Shown: positions 27,354 through 37,075 of the stretch, one piece after another
Numbering within the stretch: position 1 is the first letter of the stretch
Layout: the number at the start of each line of letters is the position of its first letter
Source of the DNA: an uncultured virus (IMG/VR IMGVR_UViG_3300035422_000248)
Taxonomy: Duplodnaviria > Heunggongvirae > Uroviricota > Caudoviricetes
Virus record (IMG/VR): IMGVR_UViG_3300035422_000248
Coordinates: 1-64,000 of that record
Length of the DNA stretch: 64,000 bases
Strand: one strand, 5' to 3'
Notes under the pieces: generated by a model
Database searches by the model: none
Told to the model about the DNA's origin: nothing
What the model saw: only the letters and a program-made list of their open reading frames with translations
Translations under genes and position numbers: made by a program

Positions 27354-30300
27354 TTATGCTGCCTCCGCTTCCTCATCATCAAAGACGATAGTTCCACTGA
27401 AGGCGAGCCGAGAGCCGCCGTTCGTGCCCGAGAACGAAGAAACGTGGCTCGCGCTCGCATAAACGAGACCGCCATACGCATACGCATTGCTGTGCGCACG
27501 ACCAACCACACGGCACCTGTCATGCGTGTAATAGAATATATCTGAATAGTTCTTATTCCACGCTGAATTGTCGTTGGTGAGTTTGGATGCTATGGTGTCC
27601 ATGAAGCGACCGAAGCGCACACGTCCGATGCAATACCCGGTAGCGTTGATGCCCTGCACCTCGCGCTCCGTATCATCATGCACATTGTAGATGTGCCAAC
27701 GCATATCAATCGGATACGTAGAGTCCGTTGTCGGGCATTTCTTCGCTTTCCAGTCTTTGAACGAAAGGACATTTACCGCAACGTGGGCCATCCATTCGTA
27801 GTTGCAGGCTACGAAGTTCTGAATACCGAACATGAGGTTGCCGTTTGAGGTGCCGCCATTTTCAAGTGTGCGGTTACCCCACTCGTTGATATTCTTGCCT
27901 ACGAGGGTCTGACTGCCTGTTGTGTAGCCGGATGAGCAACCGCGTCCGCACAATGCTTGGATGTCGCGTGTGCCTGTCAACTCCATAATGATGTTTGCGA
28001 GGTCTTTTGACTGCTCGTAACTGATAGCATGGAAGCCGTCACCGCGCATTTCGCAGAGGTTGATGAAGTCCTGACGTGTGCGGTGCAGGTTAGGCGGTGC
28101 GGAGAGGTTTGTCACCCTCCCTTGTGCATCATACGTCCACGCGGTGGAGGTGGAAGCTGTGCCGTCTCCTACCTGCGCTTTCGTGCCGGAGATCGAACGC
28201 GCACGTCCGAGTCCGTCAATGCCCACGGCATAGATGCCTACCAAATCCTCCTCATGTCGCGCCCAGTCGGGTTCTATCGCTTCAATCGCTGAACTATCCA
28301 CCGAGATAGCCTCTTGATTGTCGCAACCTGTCTGCGCCGTGAACACAAACTTCTTCGCCCCGGAGGGTACGTCAGTGAAGATGTAATCCTCGCCGGGCAT
28401 GAAGTCAAACTGCGAGGTGCTGTTAGCCATTTTGAATGTGTCAATGATTTTACCATCGCCGTCAAGGAACACACACCCTAACTCGTTGGAGTTGATACCG
28501 GGCCAACGCACCTGTTTCATACCCTCTACGTCTATCTCATACACGTTCATGTTGGCGTTGGTGGAGTATGCAGGAGTGTTCCCTATGGGATTGGACGCAA
28601 GCACTAATGCGGAGTTGGCTTGCACCAATGCTTCGTTCAGTTTGACACGGTTGATTTTCTGATAGGTTGCCAGTGGCATATCCTTGCAGATAGAGCGCAG
28701 GGCATATTTGGTTTGGTCTTTGAAGTCATTGATACCTTTATACCAGTGGCCTGGGATATACTTGAAAAAGTCATAACCCATACCACTGCTGTCGGAAAGG
28801 CCAATGCTTGTGCCGTCAGCGAGGAAGTTGTAGTTGTCATCGCTCAGTTTCACGCAGTGCATCACACCCTCAACGTAGGTGCCGCGCACAGCCTTGCTCA
28901 TCTCCTCCAGTCGCTTGAAGTGTCCGCTTGCCACGAATGGTTTGTTAAACAGGTAGCCGGTCTTGTTGTCAAGGTTTGTGATGTTCTCACAATCATCCTC
29001 CGTGTCGGAATAGCATACCATTGAGAACTGCGAGTTGATGAGGTCAAGTTCGGGGAAGTAAGCTGCAAGGGTATTCATGCCTGCCTCTCCGTCCACGTCT
29101 CCGTCCTCAATGAGTTCTGACAATATCCAGCGGCCTGTGATGCCGGAACACTTGTTGCTCTCTTCGTAGGCGGCTCCGCTTGCATCGAGACCTATCGCCC
29201 CGGTGCTTCGCAACTGGCGCAGAACGCTCACACTCGCTGTCATATTGATGCCGGGAATGCGCACCTCTTGGATTGCTCCTGCTTCTGCAACATTCATTAC
29301 GAGAGTTTCCACGTCCACAAACTCACAACCCTCTACCCATAGACGGCTGATGTTACCTACACTTGCCAGTGTAAGACCTCCGGGATATGTAAGTTTCGGC
29401 AGGTTCACAAGTTCAAGTGATGTCATCGTGCCGGGCAGTATTAATGCCTCAATAGGTGCTGTCTGCGCAATCGTGCAGGTTGTCAGTGAGGTATTGTTGG
29501 CAATGATACTTTCAATGCGCGGACACCCTTTTGCGTCAACACTGGTGGCTGTGGTATAACTCACGTCAAGCACGCGCAGGAACGGCATATTGCCGAGTGT
29601 TACGTTACTTAACGGATTGAAGCCGTTGAGTGAGGTATTGGCGGTATGCTTCGCGCCTCCGAGTATGATTTCTTCAGCAAGTTCCAGTTTGCTCAAATCA
29701 TCAAAGTGGAACGCAAGCGACATTTCCGAAAGGTCAATCTTTCTCATGCGCCCCGGCTGATAGATATATAGCAATGCTCCTGCATCATGGGCGAACACGG
29801 TAAACGCATGACTTTCTCCGGCTTCAAGAAATACAATCTCCGACAACTGACCGCTTGCATCATTACCGATGCCATAATAGCCGGTCACGCCTGCGGTGAT
29901 ATATATCTTCGATGAATTGGAGATTGCCGACACACGACCGCTCAACGGATTGGTGAAGAAATCGCCGGTCTGATAATAGCCGTCGCGGATACTCCACCTC
30001 TGCTCGATAAATCGGGGCAGGGAGGTTAATCCCAGGCCGTGCAGTGCATAGAAGTACGGCAGGTTCGCAATCCCGGTGTTGTCAATGTATTTGCGCTCGC
30101 CGTCATACGAGGATATGACTTTGGGCCAGAAGAGCAGTTTGGTCTCAACAAAGAAATACATCGCTCCATCGGGTGAGAACGGTACCATTGTCTTGCCGTC
30201 AATCTCCGCTGTCTGATTTCTCATGCGGTTGATTACGCTCTTCAGTGAGATTGTCGTAACGCCGAGGTCGTTGCTGTTCCAGCACTCCTGCTGTTTGTCA

Positions 30301-33300
30301 ATATTGTTGAACAGCACCGAGCCGCTACCCATGTAGGGGTTGGTGTAACCGCTCGCTTCATCGGTCGGCTTGTTGGGGTCAACCTCCGGGTCTATGTCGC
30401 GGCCGCCGTCATTATCCGCGCCGTTGCAGGTGTCGCAGTCATATACCTTGTTGAGATACATTCGGGTCGGCTCCATGTTCTTGTAGCCGGAGTAAACGCC
30501 GTTCTCTACCGCGCAGCCGTCCTCCAAAAAGAACATCGGCTGCATATTCTTCGCTCGTTGGTCAACGGCGGCGAGATAGTCCGTGAAGCCTGTGTATGCC
30601 ATTGCGCTCTCCAACGACATATACCGATAGGCGTTCTTCTTCCATATATCCTGCCATCCTGTCACCTTTGAGTAATCGCAGGAGTCAAAGAAGCGGAGCA
30701 TATTGAAGAGGTCGTAGGGGACTTTCTTGCCCAGTGCCAAATCCTCTTGGAGTTGGTCATCGTCAACCATGCACTCGAAATAGTACGTCCACGCAGGATA
30801 GGTCGTAGCGGCAAGTCCGAGTTTATTCACCCATGAGGATTTGGACGTGGTCGGGGCCATCATGTCAGCAATGCTGCTCACACCCTGCCACCAGTCCATG
30901 CCTGCGTATTGCAGGAGTTCATAACCGCTCACGGGGTTAAGCACATCGCCTGTTACGACCCACTTGCCGTTTACCTGCTTCATAGAGCCTGTTGAGCGTG
31001 TCCACGCACCGTTCTTGTGTCGGTAGATGGCATAGTCGCGTCCACAATACTGGGAAATAAGATAGACTTTGCTCGTGTCCGTACTTGCATCTGCCTTGAA
31101 ACGTGCCTCAGTCTGAGCGAGTGTCTCCGACTGCGTGCCGAAGTATTCAACGAAATCTCCGTAGTTCAGACAGCCGAGGTTGTAGCCGGGAGTGTCTTTG
31201 AAGCCGAGGGCCGTCTGCTCTCCCTTATCCTCTTTCCAGTTCCCTTTGGCGTGAAACCATGCGTCCTGCAATGTGTCCGTGGTCGCACGGAAGCAGGCAA
31301 TCGGGTGGTTCTTGGTGGAGTGATCCATTTCTATGCCGGTCAGAATATCATCGCCTCCGAGAAGCTGCGTGCCGTTGAACGCTCTCTGCGCAGGGGTCAT
31401 GTACGATGAGCCGAGGGAGCGGAACGTGGCGTTCATCATGTCGCACACTCCGCAGTCGTTGGCATTACTGCTGTCCGAGAAGTCAACCTTGACCGTGATA
31501 ACATCTACAAAGTGTCCTTTCTCATGAACGAATACCTTGTTGTGCTTGGCCGCGAGTATAGCCTTGCGCCCCAATTCGGTGGTCTCATCGGGGTTAAGCA
31601 AGGTCACGGTCGCTTTCAGGCCTGTGGTCTTGTTCTTCTTGTTGAAGTTGAAGCGGTCGTTCTTGATAGGACGCTGTGCCGAAGTCGTACCTTGTCTGCG
31701 CCACAGCACGTTTACAGCCTTGAAGTTGCATTCGGGGTGCTGGGGGTTGAAGTAGTAGAGCGTGCAGGCAAACTGGTCGGAGGTGGAGGTGCCGCCGTTC
31801 AGCGCATAGTCAAAGTTGTTGAATGTGGTTTGGTCGGCTACAATGACATAATAAGGCATACCTTTTGCAGCCATAAGCGACATTGACGGCTTGCCTGTGG
31901 TGTCAAGCACATTCTCGCTGTCATACTCGGCGGTCATTACTTTTACATCGCTCAACTTGCAGAGGTAGTTGCGGAACGCCTGCAACCATTCCATGTATGA
32001 TGAGTATGCCATGAAATAGTTGAGGTTGAAATCGCCGTTTTCCGAATTGAACTTTATGGTCTTGGTCTGACGCAGTGCGCTCGTGCCGGGTTGATAGCCG
32101 ATAGCCGCACACTCCTCGCCGTTCACATAGAGTTTCACAAAAGAATAGTTGGTGCCGGTGGTCGCGCCCGATGCCTTGTAGGTTACATACTTGCTCCCCG
32201 GCTCCACTACCACAGCGACTGTCACTTTCTCGTTGCACTTGAAACCTACGCGCTGTTGCTTCGGCGTGCCGTTCAGCACCGTCAGCACAACCTCGTTGCC
32301 TCTGATATAGAAGCCTAAGCCTGCCGCCGGGTCGTAACACTCGCAGAGCATGGCGTTCTTGTCCTTGATGCTCTTCGTTGAGAAAGCCAACTGGATAGCG
32401 GCTCCGCTCGTTTCAAGCGATGAGGAGGCGAACGGCGCATAAGGTATCTCGGCTTTCACATTCTCGGCGATGCGCAGTGTAGTCTCGCCTAACACGTTCA
32501 CAAAGCCGTTGGAGTTGAAGTTGCACCCTTGCAGGTTCAGCGTGTAGTCTCCGTCTTTGATGCTGTGGTCGGTCTCGTTGTTGCTTCGCGTGGAGAAGTC
32601 AAAGGCAAACAGCGCACCCTCTTTGATTGTCGCGTCTATGGCAGAGCCTTCCACAATCAGCGTCAGTGTCGTTGTCTTTACTGCTCCGCTTCGGGCGAAC
32701 ACCTGTAAGGACTTCGAGCCGTTGGAGGTGTATCCCTGCACCTGCTTGCTGACGTTGTACGACTGATTGACTGCGCAGTTCACCGCAGTTACCACCACGT
32801 TGTCTATTACCACCTCCACGGCTGTTGATGTCTTGCCCGGAGTGTAGGCCGCTACATCCACCGATAGGTTGTCATAGAGACGCACCTTGCCGTTGTTGGT
32901 GTCATTGTAGCGCATGGCTACCACTGGCACCGTACTTGCAGGGTCGATGCACATCACGGCGGTATAGATGGTGTTGCCGGTAACTCCCGAAGCTACATCT
33001 TTACCTTGTATGCGCAGGGGATATGCGCCGTGCGTCAGTTTCTCGTTGTTGCCGAGCAGATTGTTGGGGTTGATGCTGATATTGTGGCTGTACTGGTCGG
33101 TCACCGTTGCCGTTCCGAGGACGCGCCACTGCCCGTTGTAGAAAATTTCGGTCGTTACCAAAATTCCGCTCTTGGTGCTGACGTTGTTTTCAAATTTATA
33201 CATGGGCAGACTCTTCTCGCGTCCTCCAACTTCAAGCGAGGTTGCCGAGGAGTAACTGAGCGACTGCACACAGGTGCAGGTCACATCGACCGCCGTGCAG

Positions 33301-35774
33301 GTGATTGTTCGGGTTTTCCTGTTGCCGTCTGCGTCAGTGGCCGCGATGATGAAGTCTTTGCTCGATGCGGCTGTGATGAAGTCGGTGAAGTCAAACTCAA
33401 ATGAATAGTTCGTTGCACTCGTTGAGGACGGTGCATTGACAGCCTCGCTCCATAATACCATATTTGTCAGCGCGTCAAGAATACTGATTGTCTTGATCGT
33501 ACCGAGGATTTCAGTATCTCCGTCAAAACTTACACTCTTGATTGCTACATTCAGAGCGATGCGGCCGCCGAAAGCACCCCACACTGCCTGCGACTCCGGG
33601 TAGATGTTCAGAGTGCTGCCGCCTGTCGTGCCTGCGCCGTTGCTTCGGGGTATGGAAATGGGGTCTCCCACGGCGTTGCCGAGTTTGTTCACACCTTGAA
33701 AGATGTAGTTCTCGCTGTCGCTCATATCGTCAAAGTTGACAATAGGCTCAGTCTGTATCGCTTCATATACACCGCCTGCCGTGATAGCCTTGTCGCTGTC
33801 CTTTTCGGGAGTGTCGGTAGTCTCTATGTCGGTGCCGCCTCCTCCGAAATCTTTCCACTGCTTTTCATTGGTGGCGGTCATGTCGGTTACCGCGCCTTGA
33901 TATTGCTTGGTCTCCCACGTCTTTGTGTCGGCATCCCGGCGGTAGGTGATGACAAGACCCTCCTTGCGGTATTTGATACCGCTTGAAGTCTCATAGTCAA
34001 GAAGAGCCTGCACCGCTGTTGATAGGGTGTAGTCCTTGTCTCCGCATAGATTGTTGATGTTGATTACCGGTTCAGTGCCTGCCGACATTCCGGCGAGGTC
34101 TATCCAGTTCTCTGTAGGCTTGTGGACAAACTGCGCTTCGGTCACGTTCGGCCCGATATACTGATAGGTTTTCCACGAGCCGGGGCCTATGGCGAATGTT
34201 ATCTGCAAGCCGGGCGAAGCCACGTCTGCGTCAAACACGGCTTGCAGTACGTTGTGTACCTGTGTCTCCGCGATGATGTCAGTGTAATACTCTCCATCGG
34301 GCAGGGGTATTTCTACCGTAACATTGAATGTGTTGCCAACGGCGGCTCCGCCTCCTCCGAATGGTTTCCACTGGTCGAGGTCAAGCCAGTTGGAGTTGGA
34401 TTTGAATACGTCCGTCTGCCATTGATAACTTACCCATTTTCCGCTTTCCTCGCCTTGCTTCTCATCGGCAAGCAGAAACGACACTACAACACCATAGGCG
34501 CGTAGTTCATTAGGAACGGCATTGAGGGCTGAACGTAGCGAATAGAACGGCTCATCGCTGTCGGCAAGTTGATTGATGTTGATATACAATGCACCTCGCA
34601 CCATTGGCTCTAATATGTTGAGCCAATTTCGGTTTTGCTTTGCAAGGTCGGCGGCTGCCTTACCCTCATCGCCGGGGAACGCTGAGTTGGCGGTGTAACC
34701 GAGCGAGAGGTCATTGCCGATGATGACAAGATTGCTACCTCCCCAACGATACGTCTTGTTGTCTGATGTGGAAGTATAAATCTTGCCTGCTTCGGGTACT
34801 CTGCCGTTAGCAGTGCCGGTCCCGAACTTATCTGCATCGCCCCAGTTGTTGTAATAGGTAAACATGGTATGATCAAGGATTGCGACATTATCCTCAATCT
34901 GCCAGTAATCGCCTATGCTGATTGTTGGTGTACCTAAATCTCCTCCTACGATTGAGGGCGCAGGAGTGAAAAGCGTTCGTGTCGGGCGAAGCACGAGTCC
35001 CCAATCATCAGCGTTGCTGTCGGTTAATGATACTTTGGAGACCGCAAGCAAAAAGGTGTTATGGTCGCTGTCATACACTACCATGCACCCGACATCAGTT
35101 GATTTCTTTGATGAGGATTGTGGCGTAATGGTTACATCCGATACCATTGCGTTGAACTCTACCACGTCATCAACGTAGCCGGGCAACTGCGAGGACGGAA
35201 CTCTGCCGCTCGCGTCCAATGTGGCTATGCCGTTTGCTTGACCCTTACTGTTGTTGATCGCCGTGATATTGGTCTCCGCTGTTGTCATTCTGGTTTTCAA
35301 GCCGGACACATCGCTTGTGAGCGTATTGACCGTGCCGCCGATTGTGTTAATCTGCGTGCGGATTTGTGAAATACTCTGCTTGTTTTCGGCAACATCAGCG
35401 GCCACCTCTTTGAGGTCTGCATCAAGAGCTGCTACCGCTTCATTGTACTGCTGGCTGTCAATGGTCGGATTGCCCGCGGTCTCCCCGGTGGATACCCATG
35501 CACCGCCGTCAGCGATGTATAGGGCCGCAGGGAGGGTATTGCCAACCAATGCCCACCAACCGTCATGGGGGAGCGGATACGCTTCACGCAGTTTTACCGC
35601 TGTCAAAAATATTCCCTTATTGGGGCCTTTGATGTTCTTTGCATCAAGCCAACCCTCAACTTTGAGATTTTTCTTGACAGTAGTATTCCCCTGCACTGAA
35701 ACATTACCGCCTGCGGTGACGTGTCTGCCAACAGACACGTCACCCTCTAATTCGGTTGTTTTAATTTGGCTCAT
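27354..35774 (-). CDS. Large tail/receptor-binding protein, DGR target 1
   Basis: 2806 aa: coiled coil, beta-rich domains, CotH-kinase-like segment (AVDQRAKNM..YDCDT), LRR-like repeats, C-terminal CLec-type VR ending GSRLAF. Confidence 0.85.
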   Translation of the reverse strand: MSQIKTTELEGDVSVGRHVTAGGNVSVQGNTTVKKNLKVEGWLDAKNIKGPNKGIFLTAVKLREAYPLPHDGWWALVGNTLPAALYIADGGAWVSTGETAGNPTIDSQQYNEAVAALDADLKEVAADVAENKQSISQIRTQINTIGGTVNTLTSDVSGLKTRMTTAETNITAINNSKGQANGIATLDASGRVPSSQLPGYVDDVVEFNAMVSDVTITPQSSSKKSTDVGCMVVYDSDHNTFLLAVSKVSLTDSNADDWGLVLRPTRTLFTPAPSIVGGDLGTPTISIGDYWQIEDNVAILDHTMFTYYNNWGDADKFGTGTANGRVPEAGKIYTSTSDNKTYRWGGSNLVIIGNDLSLGYTANSAFPGDEGKAAADLAKQNRNWLNILEPMVRGALYININQLADSDEPFYSLRSALNAVPNELRAYGVVVSFLLADEKQGEESGKWVSYQWQTDVFKSNSNWLDLDQWKPFGGGGAAVGNTFNVTVEIPLPDGEYYTDIIAETQVHNVLQAVFDADVASPGLQITFAIGPGSWKTYQYIGPNVTEAQFVHKPTENWIDLAGMSAGTEPVININNLCGDKDYTLSTAVQALLDYETSSGIKYRKEGLVITYRRDADTKTWETKQYQGAVTDMTATNEKQWKDFGGGGTDIETTDTPEKDSDKAITAGGVYEAIQTEPIVNFDDMSDSENYIFQGVNKLGNAVGDPISIPRSNGAGTTGGSTLNIYPESQAVWGAFGGRIALNVAIKSVSFDGDTEILGTIKTISILDALTNMVLWSEAVNAPSSTSATNYSFEFDFTDFITAASSKDFIIAATDADGNRKTRTITCTAVDVTCTCVQSLSYSSATSLEVGGREKSLPMYKFENNVSTKSGILVTTEIFYNGQWRVLGTATVTDQYSHNISINPNNLLGNNEKLTHGAYPLRIQGKDVASGVTGNTIYTAVMCIDPASTVPVVAMRYNDTNNGKVRLYDNLSVDVAAYTPGKTSTAVEVVIDNVVVTAVNCAVNQSYNVSKQVQGYTSNGSKSLQVFARSGAVKTTTLTLIVEGSAIDATIKEGALFAFDFSTRSNNETDHSIKDGDYTLNLQGCNFNSNGFVNVLGETTLRIAENVKAEIPYAPFASSSLETSGAAIQLAFSTKSIKDKNAMLCECYDPAAGLGFYIRGNEVVLTVLNGTPKQQRVGFKCNEKVTVAVVVEPGSKYVTYKASGATTGTNYSFVKLYVNGEECAAIGYQPGTSALRQTKTIKFNSENGDFNLNYFMAYSSYMEWLQAFRNYLCKLSDVKVMTAEYDSENVLDTTGKPSMSLMAAKGMPYYVIVADQTTFNNFDYALNGGTSTSDQFACTLYYFNPQHPECNFKAVNVLWRRQGTTSAQRPIKNDRFNFNKKNKTTGLKATVTLLNPDETTELGRKAILAAKHNKVFVHEKGHFVDVITVKVDFSDSSNANDCGVCDMMNATFRSLGSSYMTPAQRAFNGTQLLGGDDILTGIEMDHSTKNHPIACFRATTDTLQDAWFHAKGNWKEDKGEQTALGFKDTPGYNLGCLNYGDFVEYFGTQSETLAQTEARFKADASTDTSKVYLISQYCGRDYAIYRHKNGAWTRSTGSMKQVNGKWVVTGDVLNPVSGYELLQYAGMDWWQGVSSIADMMAPTTSKSSWVNKLGLAATTYPAWTYYFECMVDDDQLQEDLALGKKVPYDLFNMLRFFDSCDYSKVTGWQDIWKKNAYRYMSLESAMAYTGFTDYLAAVDQRAKNMQPMFFLEDGCAVENGVYSGYKNMEPTRMYLNKVYDCDTCNGADNDGGRDIDPEVDPNKPTDEASGYTNPYMGSGSVLFNNIDKQQECWNSNDLGVTTISLKSVINRMRNQTAEIDGKTMVPFSPDGAMYFFVETKLLFWPKVISSYDGERKYIDNTGIANLPYFYALHGLGLTSLPRFIEQRWSIRDGYYQTGDFFTNPLSGRVSAISNSSKIYITAGVTGYYGIGNDASGQLSEIVFLEAGESHAFTVFAHDAGALLYIYQPGRMRKIDLSEMSLAFHFDDLSKLELAEEIILGGAKHTANTSLNGFNPLSNVTLGNMPFLRVLDVSYTTATSVDAKGCPRIESIIANNTSLTTCTIAQTAPIEALILPGTMTSLELVNLPKLTYPGGLTLASVGNISRLWVEGCEFVDVETLVMNVAEAGAIQEVRIPGINMTASVSVLRQLRSTGAIGLDASGAAYEESNKCSGITGRWILSELIEDGDVDGEAGMNTLAAYFPELDLINSQFSMVCYSDTEDDCENITNLDNKTGYLFNKPFVASGHFKRLEEMSKAVRGTYVEGVMHCVKLSDDNYNFLADGTSIGLSDSSGMGYDFFKYIPGHWYKGINDFKDQTKYALRSICKDMPLATYQKINRVKLNEALVQANSALVLASNPIGNTPAYSTNANMNVYEIDVEGMKQVRWPGINSNELGCVFLDGDGKIIDTFKMANSTSQFDFMPGEDYIFTDVPSGAKKFVFTAQTGCDNQEAISVDSSAIEAIEPDWARHEEDLVGIYAVGIDGLGRARSISGTKAQVGDGTASTSTAWTYDAQGRVTNLSAPPNLHRTRQDFINLCEMRGDGFHAISYEQSKDLANIIMELTGTRDIQALCGRGCSSGYTTGSQTLVGKNINEWGNRTLENGGTSNGNLMFGIQNFVACNYEWMAHVAVNVLSFKDWKAKKCPTTDSTYPIDMRWHIYNVHDDTEREVQGINATGYCIGRVRFGRFMDTIASKLTNDNSAWNKNYSDIFYYTHDRCRVVGRAHSNAYAYGGLVYASASHVSSFSGTNGGSRLAFSGTIVFDDEEAEAA
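27405..27515 (-). repeat. DGR variable repeat VR1
   Basis: Ungapped match to TR with 13 mismatches, all at TR adenines. Confidence 0.96.
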
Positions 35775-36406
35775 ACTAAAAGTTGTTTGCTGAGTTCTGA
35801 CATTATTGAGGATAGGTCACTTTGCCCTATGGTCGCAAGCACGAGCGAGGCCGCTTCATACACCACCGACTGATAACACCGCTCCGGGATGTCAATGCCT
35901 CCGTCTCGGTCAACCCTCGGAAGAGGAAAGTAAACAGCCTGCTCAACGGTCGCGGTCGTGTCCTTGCACGAGAATAGTTCAAGCGCACGGCCCTCCGCTC
36001 GGCTCACTATCGCCACTACTGGCTTCTGCGGATTACCGCGCAAACCTTTGTAGCGTGAGAACTGAAGCTGATACTTCGGGTCGGCCGCCGTGATTGGTTC
36101 ATACACGGGCCGCTCCCAATCGCTCATCTTGAATATCAAGAGGCGCATGAAATCTTCGGGGAGTAATACCCAACCCGAACCCATGCTGCGCCAATACACT
36201 GCATCCCCGAATGGCACACCGCCGTCAAGCAGATGCGTGGGTGCTTCCGTGATGATACGGCGCACCGCCTCAACTATCTTGGAGCGAATTATGTCATTCA
36301 ACGATAGGGTGTCAATATCCTCATCGGCTATCAGTTGTTCGCTCGTTTTGTTTTCATCTATGGCGATACGCACGTCTCGCGCTATATGTAGGATTTTGTA
36401 CACCAT
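35771..36406 (-). CDS. Putative adaptor/connector protein
   Basis: LPEDFMRL and CYQSVVYEAASLVL motifs; between head and tail genes. Confidence 0.55.
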   Translation of the reverse strand: MVYKILHIARDVRIAIDENKTSEQLIADEDIDTLSLNDIIRSKIVEAVRRIITEAPTHLLDGGVPFGDAVYWRSMGSGWVLLPEDFMRLLIFKMSDWERPVYEPITAADPKYQLQFSRYKGLRGNPQKPVVAIVSRAEGRALELFSCKDTTATVEQAVYFPLPRVDRDGGIDIPERCYQSVVYEAASLVLATIGQSDLSSIMSELSKQLLV

Positions 36407-36418
36407 ATCGCCGGATGT

Positions 36419-36991
36419 TTACACAAAGAGGATTTCTACTCCGTTCTGCTTACCTGCGTTCACAATATCCTCGCGGTTGCGCAGCTTGCTGCGGATGAGG
36501 CCGAAAGTCTGCTCAAGGTAGTCCTTCGCGTCATCGTTGCATGAAAACTCTACCTGCGTGAGGTTGGCAGGCTCTTCGGTTGCTTCGGCAGTTTCCTCTG
36601 CGGCTTCGGCGTTCTCTGCCTCAGTCTGCTCGGCTACCTCCTCGGTGGTCTCCACCTGTTCAGTAGGAGCGTTCTCCTGCTTGGCAGGTTCATCGCTCTT
36701 GGTCTGCTTTGCAGACTTGGGCGCAGGGGTCGGAGCGTTGCGATATATAGGCAACTCTTCTGCGAGGTCTATTGACCGCACGATGCTGATGCGACCGCGT
36801 TTGAAGTCACTGCTCGCCTCGATAGCATTCTGAATGATGATATTGTCGGTGGTATATGTGGCAGGATTAGTACCCATTGCACTTATCGAGCCGTCCGAGA
36901 AATTGATACTTACGTTTTTCTTGCCCACCTTGACAACGGCTTGGTACTCCATCATGCCGGATACTCCGTAAGTGATTTTTTTCTTATTCAT
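36419..36991 (-). CDS. Hypothetical head-module protein
   Basis: Two small domains joined by an acidic linker; downstream of the capsid gene. Confidence 0.7.
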   Translation of the reverse strand: MNKKKITYGVSGMMEYQAVVKVGKKNVSINFSDGSISAMGTNPATYTTDNIIIQNAIEASSDFKRGRISIVRSIDLAEELPIYRNAPTPAPKSAKQTKSDEPAKQENAPTEQVETTEEVAEQTEAENAEAAEETAEATEEPANLTQVEFSCNDDAKDYLEQTFGLIRSKLRNREDIVNAGKQNGVEILFV

Positions 36992-37010
36992 TGTCGTTTG
37001 GAGTTTTACT

Positions 37011-37044
37011 AAGAAAGGCGGACGGCATTACTACCTGTCCGCCT
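37011..37044 (-). terminator. Intrinsic terminator after the major capsid gene
   Basis: Minus strand AGGCGGAC...GTCCGCCTTTCTT. Confidence 0.65.
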
Positions 37045-37075
37045 CTGATTGGTTGATTTCGGTTGAAGAAAAGGA

